From assembly GCA_937863535.1 (NCBI GenBank), contig CALMGB010000039.1:1-36986 (forward strand): 36,986 nt of DNA. The letters are read 5' to 3'. The DNA comes from an uncultured Caulobacteraceae bacterium (GTDB lineage: Bacteria > Pseudomonadota > Alphaproteobacteria > Caulobacterales > Caulobacteraceae). The notes beneath the pieces are model-generated. The model saw only the letters and a program-made list of their open reading frames with translations, searched no databases and was not told the origin of the DNA. Both the position numbers and the translations under genes were made by a program. Positions 21,638 to 29,533 of the stretch are shown piece by piece. How positions within the stretch are numbered: the first letter of the stretch is position 1; every line of letters begins with the position of its first letter.

Positions 21638-22435
21638 ATGGGTCTGTTGGAACGGCTTGCGCCGCACTTGCCTTATATGCGGCGCTACGCTCGCGCCTTG
21701 ACCGGCGAGCAGAGCGCCGGCGACGCCTATGTGCGGGCGTCCCTAGAGGCTCTTGCGGCGGGCGAGCGTTCGCTGCCGCCCCACCTGACTCCGAGGGTCG
21801 CGCTCTACCACGTCTTCCATACGATCTGGGACGGCACCGGGGCCCAACTTGAGGCGCGCAACGACAACGGTGCGGAAAGCGGCGACGCTTCCGGTCGGCT
21901 CATGCGCATCGCGCCGCGTTCGCGGCAGGCCTTCCTGCTCACCGCGTTGGAGGGCTTCAATCCCTCGGAGGCGGGACAGATCCTGGGCGCCAGCGCCGGT
22001 GAGATCGAAATGCTGATCTCCGAAGCTCAGGGCGAGATCGACGCCGAACTGGCCACTGAAGTGTTAATCATCGAAGACGAGCCGGTGATCGCCGCCGATA
22101 TCGAGGCGTTGGTCCGCGAGCTCGGTCACAAGGTGCTGGACGTAGCCTCGACGCGCAAGGAAGCGGCGGAGGCGGTGGCTCGCGCCACCCCGGGCTTGGT
22201 CCTGGCGGACATCCAGCTGGCCGACGGCTCCTCCGGGATCGATGCGGTGAAGGACATCCTTGGCCGCTTCGACGTTCCGGTGATCTTCATCACCGCCTTC
22301 CCGGAGCGACTGCTCACGGGCGAACGGCCGGAGCCTACCTTCCTGATCACCAAGCCTTTCCAACCGGAGACGGTGAAGGCGGCAATTGGCCAAGCCCTGT
22401 TTTTCCACCCAGCCCGACCGAAGGTCGCCGCCTAG
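21638..22435 (+). CDS. phyR: Anti-anti-sigma response regulator PhyR
   Basis: N-terminal sigma-like domain (LPYMRRYARALTG) plus receiver (IIEDE, LADIQLADGSSGIDAV, FITAFPERLLTGERPEP); ATG 21638. Confidence 0.97.
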   Translation: MGLLERLAPHLPYMRRYARALTGEQSAGDAYVRASLEALAAGERSLPPHLTPRVALYHVFHTIWDGTGAQLEARNDNGAESGDASGRLMRIAPRSRQAFLLTALEGFNPSEAGQILGASAGEIEMLISEAQGEIDAELATEVLIIEDEPVIAADIEALVRELGHKVLDVASTRKEAAEAVARATPGLVLADIQLADGSSGIDAVKDILGRFDVPVIFITAFPERLLTGERPEPTFLITKPFQPETVKAAIGQALFFHPARPKVAA

Positions 22436-22448
22436 CGGGGGCGAATAC

Positions 22449-22473
22449 GGAACCGGTGTTGCGGGGCCGCGTT
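22449..22473 (+). promoter_or_regulatory. SigT/EcfG promoter
   Basis: Exact GGAAC-N16-CGTT upstream of the 22523 gene. Confidence 0.85.
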
Positions 22474-22522
22474 TCGACGCCGCATTCGGTTTCACACGTT
22501 CACCTTCATAGGGGACTTCGCG

Positions 22523-22855
22523 ATGGCGACCTCTTCCGCATTCGATCCCGTGGCGTCCAAGGCGGGAGATACCGTGGACAACGCGCGCCAGACCGCCCGC
22601 AGCGCCCGCGAGACCGTAGAGGAGGGCCGGCGTGCTCTGCCCAAGCTGAAGGGCGAAGCCCGAAAGGCGTTTGATGATGGGGTTGACCAGTTGCGTGGCC
22701 AGGCCCGCGACGCCGCGGATCAAGCCAGTGACCAATTCGGTACGGCAAAGCTATATATGGTCGAGCGGATGCAGGAGCGGCCGATAACCGCCACTCTGGC
22801 GGCACTGGGCGCCGGCTTCGTGCTCGGCCTGCTGTTCGCCGGCGGACGCCGGTGA
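22523..22855 (+). CDS. ElaB/YqjD/DUF883-like tail-anchored membrane protein
   Basis: Ala/charged helical body ending in ERPITATLAALGAGFVLGLLFAGGRR. Confidence 0.8.
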   Translation: MATSSAFDPVASKAGDTVDNARQTARSARETVEEGRRALPKLKGEARKAFDDGVDQLRGQARDAADQASDQFGTAKLYMVERMQERPITATLAALGAGFVLGLLFAGGRR

Positions 22856-23253
22856 TCGGTAAACTTGTAAGCTTCGTCGTCGCCGTCGCCGCCATGGCTG
22901 TTACGGCGGGCGTGCTGGTGGTCTCAGCCTCGTTCGCCTTCTACGCCCTCTTGCGGACCTATATCGGTCCGGCCGGCGCGGCGGCCTGCGTGACGCTTGC
23001 CGCCGCCATCGTAATCGGAGTGCTTGCTTTGATCCTTTTCGGCAAGGCCAAGGGGCCTCACCTCAAGACCAAGGGCAAGGCGGCGGACGGGTCGGCAAGC
23101 CTTGTCGAACGCGTCACCGACCTGGTCAGCGATCGGCCGGTGGTCGCAGCCAGCGCGGCTGTCGCAGCGGGACTGCTCGCCTGGCGCAACCCCACCCTCG
23201 TCTCCACCGTTCTGCGCGTGTTGGAGCCTCGTACGGAGCGCAAGCGGGGCTGA
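22852..23253 (+). CDS. Two-TM membrane protein (YqjE-like partner of DUF883)
   Basis: GTGA overlap with upstream gene; two TM helices plus a C-terminal DRPVVAASAAVAAGLL segment. Confidence 0.7.
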   Translation: MIGKLVSFVVAVAAMAVTAGVLVVSASFAFYALLRTYIGPAGAAACVTLAAAIVIGVLALILFGKAKGPHLKTKGKAADGSASLVERVTDLVSDRPVVAASAAVAAGLLAWRNPTLVSTVLRVLEPRTERKRG

Positions 23254-23285
23254 TAGCGCGTCGTTGCGGTCGAAGGGATTTTGCC

Positions 23286-23373
23286 CCGCCGGTCGTATGA
23301 TCCCGTCATATCCGTAGCTCGCAGCTGGCGAAAATGTTTCGCCGATATCAGTATGCGCTACGGCGACCGGCGG
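23286..23373. other. Branched inverted-repeat structure (candidate structured RNA or 3' UTR element)
   Basis: Perfect stems of 10 bp (23286-95/23364-73), 5 bp (23296-300/23306-10), 7 bp (23312-18/23357-63) and 6 bp (23328-33/23337-42). Confidence 0.45.
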
Positions 23374-23419
23374 CGGCCTGGGCTACCGCTCTTCTCGTCC
23401 AGTAAGCCCCCAACGTCCC

Positions 23420-23444
23420 GGAACGCTCGGCCTTAACGTACGTT
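23420..23444 (+). promoter_or_regulatory. SigT/EcfG promoter
   Basis: Exact GGAAC-N16-CGTT upstream of the DUF1328 gene. Confidence 0.85.
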
Positions 23445-23515
23445 ACCGGGCAAGCGGATGGGAGGCAGGCGGGAATCGCCCAATCTTGGATTCGCGATCG
23501 AGAGGGAGGCGGACT

Positions 23516-23686
23516 ATGCTGAGATGGGCCTTGATTTTCCTGGTAGTGGCCCTGGTCGCGGGCCTACTGGGCTTTGGCGGCATCGCCGGCGCAGCATCCA
23601 ACATCGCCTATATCCTGTTCGTGATCTTCTTGGTGCTGTTTGTGATCTCCCTTGTCATGCACCTGGTACGCGGGCGGGGCATCTAG
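23516..23686 (+). CDS. DUF1328 / UPF0391 (YtjA-like) small membrane protein
   Basis: [27 protein letters not shown]; GGGAGG RBS; ATG 23516. Confidence 0.93.
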   Translation: MLRWALIFLVVALVAGLLGFGGIAGAASNIAYILFVIFLVLFVISLVMHLVRGRGI

Positions 23687-23711
23687 TCCGGTCGCCAGCC
23701 GCAGGCCAGGT

Positions 23712-24581
23712 TCAAGCGGGCTCGGTGGCGACGCCGGGCCCTTCTATTTGCACCACGACCTCCGCGCGTGAGAGCTTGGGTTCCGGCGCCGCACCCTCAG
23801 GCGCAGCCCGCCGCGGCAGGCGCCAGACGCGGTGGACTTCCAGCGCCGTAGCAGTCCAGCAATAGGCCGTAACCCCTACGCAGGCCGGCGAGATGTCGAG
23901 CACGTTGAAGCCCGGCGGCGTGCCGCGTGTCCGCACCGACAGCGTTCCCGCGCCCACAGCGTAGGTCTGGCCATCTCCGAAGGGGAGGGCGACGGCGAAC
24001 GGGTTGTGGACGTGGCCGGTCAGGATCACGTCCACTCCCCGGTCGCAGAACAGCTTGGCGGCCGTCTGGCCCCGGTGCACGCCCCCGGTCACGGGCGTAC
24101 CGGTAATTTCCATCAGCGGATGGTGACACCCGATGATCCTGATCTCGTCGGCTGGAAAGGCGGTGATTGCATCGACCGCCGCGCCTGCTAGCTGCAGGCT
24201 CACCGCCCCCTTGGACCAGTCGAACCTCGGCTGGGCCCCTCGGGAGGTGTTGAGCGTGCGGGCATGCAGCCCGGCGGTGTCGTAGCGGGAGGCGGACGGC
24301 GGCCCGATGAAGCGCCGATAGCGCTTGAAAGGCTGCATCGCGCGCAGCGGCAGGTTCCAGTAGGGCGTGTCGTGGTTGCCAGGAGTGACCAGCAGGGGTC
24401 GGGGAATTCGCGCCAGCCATCGCTCCGCGGACCGGAACTCCCGCGGCAGCCCGTTCAAGGTCAGGTCTCCGGTGACCATCACCAGATCGGGGGGATTATC
24501 CGTAATATATGCGGTGGCCGCCTCCAGTGCGGCCGCGTCCTCCGCCCCGAAGTGGATGTCGCTGAGCTGGATGACCCGCAT
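23712..24581 (-). CDS. Calcineurin-like metallophosphoesterase
   Basis: SDIH, TGDL, PGNHD, HHP, GHVH motifs. Confidence 0.92.
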   Translation of the reverse strand: MRVIQLSDIHFGAEDAAALEAATAYITDNPPDLVMVTGDLTLNGLPREFRSAERWLARIPRPLLVTPGNHDTPYWNLPLRAMQPFKRYRRFIGPPSASRYDTAGLHARTLNTSRGAQPRFDWSKGAVSLQLAGAAVDAITAFPADEIRIIGCHHPLMEITGTPVTGGVHRGQTAAKLFCDRGVDVILTGHVHNPFAVALPFGDGQTYAVGAGTLSVRTRGTPPGFNVLDISPACVGVTAYCWTATALEVHRVWRLPRRAAPEGAAPEPKLSRAEVVVQIEGPGVATEPA

Positions 24582-25570
24582 CAGGCGGCCGACCGCTCCA
24601 TCCCGGCCGCTGCGGCGCCCCGTGCGGCCTTGCGGACCTCATGCTCGCCGACCTCGCGCCGCATCTTCAGGGCCTCACAATCGTCGGGCACCAGGGCCCG
24701 GAAGGCGCGCGGCCGGTAGGCCAGCTGCACGGGAGAGTCCATCCGGCGGGGCTCGCCATCGAGGATCACCGGGACCCGCCCATGTGACCAGGCCGTGCCG
24801 GAGGTGCAGATTTCGATCTTCACGGAGGGATCGTCCCGCCAGCCGCCCACGAGCGTGCTGAAGCCGAGGCGAAAGCCCTCCAGAGCGCCCTTCGGGTCGA
24901 GCAACGCCGCCTCCAGGCCCACATCCTCGTTCAACCCCTGCGACACCAGCGGACACATCAGCGTCAACGCCTCGGCCTTGCGCCGGTCGCCGCCGTCCAA
25001 CTCGAAGCGCAGCCGCCCTTTGAAGGCCCGCAGTAGCGCGCGCCGCGCCCGCAGCACCGCCAGCTTCAGCTTGCCCTTGCGCACCGCCTCACGAGCGTCC
25101 GCCCAAAGCGCCGGAGCCCCGAGGATGGCGGCCACGTAGAAGCCGTGGCCTCCGACCTCACCCCCAGAAACTTCCAGCTCGCGGCCGGTCTCCAGGATGG
25201 CGGTCAACGCTTCAGGCCAAGGTCTGCGGCCGTTCAGGGCGTTGGGCAGCATGTTCATGGTCCCGCCAGGCAGGGCGGCGATCAGCGGCCCGTCGGGTCC
25301 GCAGAGTTCCGCGCTCAAGGCCAGGGTGCCGTCGCCGGCGAGGACGAAGAGTGCGTCCGGCTGCTCTGCGACCGCCGCCTTCACCGCATCGACGATCGCA
25401 GAAGGCTGTACCGAGTGAGGCTCAAGCGTAAGCCCGTATCTTGCGGCGATGGCTTTCATCCGCTCCGCGGCGTCCGGACCCACGCTGCCGGAGGCGGCGT
25501 TCAGCACCGCGGCGACCTTGTCGAGCCGCACGTGGGGCGAAAGGCGTGCGTTCGATTGCGGCTCGACCAT
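24581..25570 (-). CDS. Diacylglycerol/lipid kinase family protein
   Basis: LNAASG, AGDGT, LPGGTMN, ILDGE motifs; TGATG coupling to the phosphoesterase. Confidence 0.88.
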   Translation of the reverse strand: MVEPQSNARLSPHVRLDKVAAVLNAASGSVGPDAAERMKAIAARYGLTLEPHSVQPSAIVDAVKAAVAEQPDALFVLAGDGTLALSAELCGPDGPLIAALPGGTMNMLPNALNGRRPWPEALTAILETGRELEVSGGEVGGHGFYVAAILGAPALWADAREAVRKGKLKLAVLRARRALLRAFKGRLRFELDGGDRRKAEALTLMCPLVSQGLNEDVGLEAALLDPKGALEGFRLGFSTLVGGWRDDPSVKIEICTSGTAWSHGRVPVILDGEPRRMDSPVQLAYRPRAFRALVPDDCEALKMRREVGEHEVRKAARGAAAAGMERSAA

Positions 25571-25578
25571 CAGCGCGA

Positions 25579-25603
25579 AACGGATGGCGCGGACCCGCGT
25601 TCC
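25579..25603 (-). promoter_or_regulatory. SigT/EcfG promoter for the lipid kinase-phosphoesterase operon
   Basis: Exact GGAAC-N16-CGTT on minus strand, 8 nt before ATG 25570. Confidence 0.85.
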
Positions 25604-25691
25604 TCTTGAAGTTAGTTCCGGGCTCGGACATCGTCAGGACGGGGCCGGACGACGACGTCGGATCTCGGACGGGTGTGGGTACGGGGGATGG

Positions 25692-25928
25692 ATGCGGGTC
25701 AGATTGTCTGTCGCCACGTTCCTGGCGATCAGCCTTTGCGGCTGTGCGGTGCGCCATGTGGAGCGTCCAGACTGGGCGCGCTTTGGCAACACCTCCACGG
25801 CTGAAGGCGGCCCAGCCTACCACCGCGACCCGCACCATCAGTATTTCGACAAATCACACAATCGCTACTACTACTATGACCTGACGCAGAAGCGGTTCTT
25901 CTGGGAGAACGGCCAGCCCAAGGGCTGA
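25692..25928 (+). CDS. Small hypothetical lipoprotein with aromatic-rich C-terminus
   Basis: ATG 25692; signal peptide with LCGC lipobox; QYFDKSHNRYYYYDLTQKRFFWENG. Confidence 0.75.
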   Translation: MRVRLSVATFLAISLCGCAVRHVERPDWARFGNTSTAEGGPAYHRDPHHQYFDKSHNRYYYYDLTQKRFFWENGQPKG

Positions 25929-25949
25929 TCGGTTTGGGGGCTGAGACCG

Positions 25950-26432
25950 ATGGTGCGCTCAAGATCAGGTATCGCGGCTTCGGAGGTGTGGACCGGTGCG
26001 GGCATGGGGTTGTCGGCGCTGGCCGCCCTCTTCCTTGCGGGCTGCACGTCGACGCCGCTGAAACCCATGCCGGTCGCCACTGGACCCGCCTGCACCGACG
26101 TCGTCTTCCCGATCTACTTCGCCGAAGGGTCGGACCAGCTGACGCCCACGGCGGCCCAGGTGATCGGCTCGGAAGCGGCTCAGGTGCGCGGATGTCGCAT
26201 CGGCTATGTGAGTGTGCTCGGGCTGACAGATGCTGCAGGCGCCGCCTCCCGTAACCTTGACCTGTCTCGGCGCCGCGCCGGCGCTGTGGCCAAGGCTCTC
26301 GCCTCGGCCGGGCTACCCGCCCCCAAGTTCGAAGTGAATGGCGTTGGCGAGACGGGCGCCCTGACCGACAAGGGACGTCCCGTGCCGTTGCGGCGAAAGA
26401 CGGAGGTGATCATCCACGCCTTGCCGACCTGA
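25950..26432 (+). CDS. OmpA-C-like domain lipoprotein
   Basis: LAGC lipobox, IYFAEGSDQL, NLDLSRRRA, RRKTEV. Start uncertain. Confidence 0.85.
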   Translation: MVRSRSGIAASEVWTGAGMGLSALAALFLAGCTSTPLKPMPVATGPACTDVVFPIYFAEGSDQLTPTAAQVIGSEAAQVRGCRIGYVSVLGLTDAAGAASRNLDLSRRRAGAVAKALASAGLPAPKFEVNGVGETGALTDKGRPVPLRRKTEVIIHALPT

Positions 26433-26474
26433 GGCTCACTCCAGACACCGCCGTTCTTCGCCCCCCGGACGATC

Positions 26475-26499
26475 GGAACAGTGGCTCTGGTGGAACGTT
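26475..26499 (+). promoter_or_regulatory. SigT/EcfG promoter
   Basis: Exact GGAAC-N16-CGTT upstream of the 26544 gene. Confidence 0.85.
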
Positions 26500-26543
26500 T
26501 GGGAGCCTTGGATCGCGTCTAAATGATCGTGGAGAGGGTTGAC

Positions 26544-26837
26544 ATGTCGACTACACCGCCGGACCGGAACTCCACCCCCGGACCAGAGGTGACCGTCACC
26601 GACGCGCGCGGCGCCCAGCGGACCGGCCGCAACATCTGGATACTCGTAATCTCGCTTGGTGCGGCGGTGGTCCTGCTGCTCGGCTACACCCTGCTCCACG
26701 CTCCGCGTATGGGCGCGATCAACCATCCGCAGGTGCGCGACGAGAACGCCCAAGATATCAGCACCTTCAACACGCCCGGCGGCTCAGCCCGTGGAGCCCC
26801 TCCTGGCGAGCCATCGACGACCGGCAACACCCAGTAG
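26544..26837 (+). CDS. Small single-TM hypothetical protein
   Basis: GGAGAGG RBS, ATG 26544; DARGAQRTGRN followed by a TM helix and a low-complexity tail. Confidence 0.75.
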   Translation: MSTTPPDRNSTPGPEVTVTDARGAQRTGRNIWILVISLGAAVVLLLGYTLLHAPRMGAINHPQVRDENAQDISTFNTPGGSARGAPPGEPSTTGNTQ

Positions 26838-26884
26838 GAGAGCACGGTGCCGCGGCCTCTCCGCCGCGGCTTCCACCGCTTGAA

Positions 26885-26906
26885 CATATAAGGATAGCTT
26901 TATATG
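26885..26906. promoter_or_regulatory. Palindromic operator upstream of metK (SahR-like)
   Basis: CATATAAGGATAGCTTTATATG; 18 of 22 positions self-complementary, AT-rich in high-GC background. Confidence 0.7.
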
Positions 26907-26951
26907 GTGCCGCAGCCCGCTCCTGCGGAGCGGATTGCGGAGAGATCGTCC

Positions 26952-28118
26952 TTGAGCCGGCCGTCCTACATCTTCACCAGCGAGAGCGTTTCCGAAGGTC
27001 ATCCGGACAAGGTCGCCGACCGCGTGTCTGACACTGTGGTCGACGCCTTTTTGGGCGCAGACCCCTACGCCCGCGTCGCCTGCGAGACCATGGTGACCAC
27101 CAACCGCATCATCCTCGCTGGCGAAGTGCGCGGGCCCGATGGCGTGGTGGAAGGGCTGGAGGAGAAGGTCCGGGCCGCTATCAAGGACATAGGTTACGAG
27201 CAGGAAGGCTTCCACTGGAAGACCGCCGACTACGCCTGCCATCTGCATGCCCAATCCGCCGACATCGCCATGGGAGTGGACGCGGCGGGCAACAAGGACG
27301 AGGGCGCGGGTGACCAGGGCATCATGTTCGGCTACGCCACCAACGAGACGCCGGAGCTGATGCCGGCGACCCTGCAGTTCTCCCACAACATCCTGAAGCG
27401 CTTGGCCGAAGTCCGCCACAGCGGCGAGGAGAGCGGGCTGGAGCCCGACGCCAAGAGCCAGGTGACCCTGCTCTACGAGAACGGCAAGCCGGTGCGCGCC
27501 ACCTCCATCGTGCTGTCCACCCAGCACAAGGAAGGGCTGACGCCCGCCGACGTGCACCAGATCGTGGAACCCTACATCCGCAGCGTCTTCCCCGACGGCT
27601 TCGTTACGGACGAGACGGAGTGGCATGTGAATCCCACCGGCAACTTCGTCATCGGCGGCCCGGACGGAGACTGCGGCCTCACTGGGCGCAAGATCATCGT
27701 GGACACCTACGGCGGGGCCTCACCCCATGGCGGCGGCGCCTTCTCCGGCAAGGACCCCACCAAGGTGGACCGCTCCGCGGCTTACATCTGTCGTTACCTG
27801 GCTAAGAACGTCGTGGCGGCCGGGTTGGCGGACAAGTGCACCATCCAGATCAGCTATGCGATCGGAGTGGCCAAGCCGCTCAGCTTCTACGTCGACCTGC
27901 ACGAGTCCGGTCAGATCGATCCCGCCAAGCTGGAGGCGATCCTGCCCGACCTGATCGGCGGCGGGACGCCGCGGGCGATCCGCGAGCACCTGAAGCTCAA
28001 CCGTCCAATCTACGCGCGCACATCGGCCTACGGTCACTTCGGTCGCCAGCCGGATGCGGACGGCGGCTTCTCCTGGGAGAAGACCGATCTTGTGGGCGAG
28101 CTGAAAGGCCTCGCCTGA
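26952..28118 (+). CDS. metK: S-adenosylmethionine synthetase
   Basis: [28 protein letters not shown] motifs; TTG 26952 after GGAGAG RBS. Confidence 0.97.
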   Translation: MSRPSYIFTSESVSEGHPDKVADRVSDTVVDAFLGADPYARVACETMVTTNRIILAGEVRGPDGVVEGLEEKVRAAIKDIGYEQEGFHWKTADYACHLHAQSADIAMGVDAAGNKDEGAGDQGIMFGYATNETPELMPATLQFSHNILKRLAEVRHSGEESGLEPDAKSQVTLLYENGKPVRATSIVLSTQHKEGLTPADVHQIVEPYIRSVFPDGFVTDETEWHVNPTGNFVIGGPDGDCGLTGRKIIVDTYGGASPHGGGAFSGKDPTKVDRSAAYICRYLAKNVVAAGLADKCTIQISYAIGVAKPLSFYVDLHESGQIDPAKLEAILPDLIGGGTPRAIREHLKLNRPIYARTSAYGHFGRQPDADGGFSWEKTDLVGELKGLA

Positions 28119-28123
28119 TAGCG

Positions 28124-28157
28124 GGAAGTCCTTCCTCCGCGCGGGGAGGGGACTTCC
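28124..28157 (+). terminator. Strong hairpin after metK (terminator or mRNA-stabilising stem)
   Basis: GGAAGTCCTTCCTCC-gcgc-GGGGAGGGGACTTCC; no U-tract. Confidence 0.45.
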
Positions 28158-28166
28158 TATCGCCTG

Positions 28167-28850
28167 ATGTCTCAGCAGTCTCACGGCCCGCTCCGTAGCT
28201 TCGGCCGCCTCAAGGCGCGACCGATCAAGCCCCGTCAGACGGCCCTGGTCGAGACGCTGCTGCCCAGGCTCGCCCTGGACCTGTCCGCCCCGATTGCTTC
28301 TCAGGGACTCATGCCGGGCGCGCGCGAGGTCTGGCTGGAGATCGGCTTTGGCGGCGGCGAGCACTTGGCCGAGCAGGCCGCCCGCCATCCCGACATCCTG
28401 CTGCTGGGCGCTGAGCCCTTCCTGAACGGGGCGGCGAGCGCGCTTCGTCACATTGATGATCGCGCCCTGACCAATGTGCGCCTGCATGTCGGTGACGCGC
28501 GCGAACTCCTGGCGGCGTTGCCGGACGCGGGACTTAGCCGCATCTTCATCCTATTTCCCGACCCGTGGCCCAAGGCGCGTCACCACAAACGGCGCCTGAT
28601 CCAGCCTGCACTCGTCGAGGGACTCGTAAGGGTGCTCGCGCCCGGCGGGCGGCTGCGCTTCGCTACCGATTGGGCCGACTACGCCAATTCGGCGCTGGAG
28701 CGGCTGCGCACCGAGCCGCGTCTGCAGTGGACCGCCATGCGCGCCGACGACTGGCGCCACGCACCCGACGACCACGTCACCACGCGCTACCAGGTAAAGG
28801 GACTGGGCGACGTCGCGCCCGTCTACCTGGACTTCATCCGCGTGGCGTGA
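28167..28850 (+). CDS. trmB: tRNA (guanine-N7)-methyltransferase
   Basis: LEIGFGGGE, FPDPWPKARHHKRRL, FATD, TRY motifs. Confidence 0.95.
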   Translation: MSQQSHGPLRSFGRLKARPIKPRQTALVETLLPRLALDLSAPIASQGLMPGAREVWLEIGFGGGEHLAEQAARHPDILLLGAEPFLNGAASALRHIDDRALTNVRLHVGDARELLAALPDAGLSRIFILFPDPWPKARHHKRRLIQPALVEGLVRVLAPGGRLRFATDWADYANSALERLRTEPRLQWTAMRADDWRHAPDDHVTTRYQVKGLGDVAPVYLDFIRVA

Positions 28851-28889
28851 GGCTTGCGTCCGCCGCACGGCGGGCCACGTATCACGACC

Positions 28890-29507
28890 ATGAAACCTCT
28901 ATTTTCCTCGCTCCTGCGCCTCGTCGCCCTGGCCTTGGCCGCCGGCCTCGCGGCGGCGGCCCTGACCTCGTCGGCCTCGGCCGCGCCCCTGCAGACGGCG
29001 GTGTTCTCCGGCGGCTGCTTCTGGTGCATGGAGCATGACATGAAGGCCATCCCCGGCGTGGTGTCGGTGCAGAGCGGCTATACGGGCGGCACGGTGGACC
29101 ACCCGACCTACGAGCAGGTCTCGTCGGAGACCACCGGCCACTACGAGTCGGTCAAGGTCGCCTTCGATCCCGCCAGGATCGACTACGGCTTCCTGCTGTA
29201 CCGCTACTGGAAGCTGGTGGACCCGACCGACAATGGCGGCCAGTTCTGCGATCGGGGCCCATCCTACCGCCCGGCGATCTTCGTGGCTAACGACCAGCAG
29301 CGTAAGATCGCGCTCCAGTCCGAGGCCGACGCCCAAAAGCAGCTGAAGCACGGCAGGATCATCGTGCCGGTCCTGCCGCTGAAGGCCTTCTGGCCGGCGG
29401 AGGACTACCACCGCGACTACGCCCATACCCACGCCCTGGAGTACAACCTCTACCGCGCCGGCTGCGGCCGAGACGCGACCCTACGCAAGGTCTGGGGCCA
29501 GGGCTGA
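28890..29507 (+). CDS. msrA: Peptide-methionine (S)-S-oxide reductase, probably exported
   Basis: GCFWC, SGYTGG, PTYEQV, AEDYH motifs; N-terminal Sec-type signal peptide ending ASA-A; ATG 28890. Confidence 0.93.
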   Translation: MKPLFSSLLRLVALALAAGLAAAALTSSASAAPLQTAVFSGGCFWCMEHDMKAIPGVVSVQSGYTGGTVDHPTYEQVSSETTGHYESVKVAFDPARIDYGFLLYRYWKLVDPTDNGGQFCDRGPSYRPAIFVANDQQRKIALQSEADAQKQLKHGRIIVPVLPLKAFWPAEDYHRDYAHTHALEYNLYRAGCGRDATLRKVWGQG

Positions 29508-29533
29508 ATGGGGAGGCTGAAGTCGGAGGCGCC

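Noticed and set aside
22852-23253. Holin-like membrane protein as a prophage sign
   Set aside because: Its context is the DUF883/YqjE-type stress operon; no phage genes nearby.
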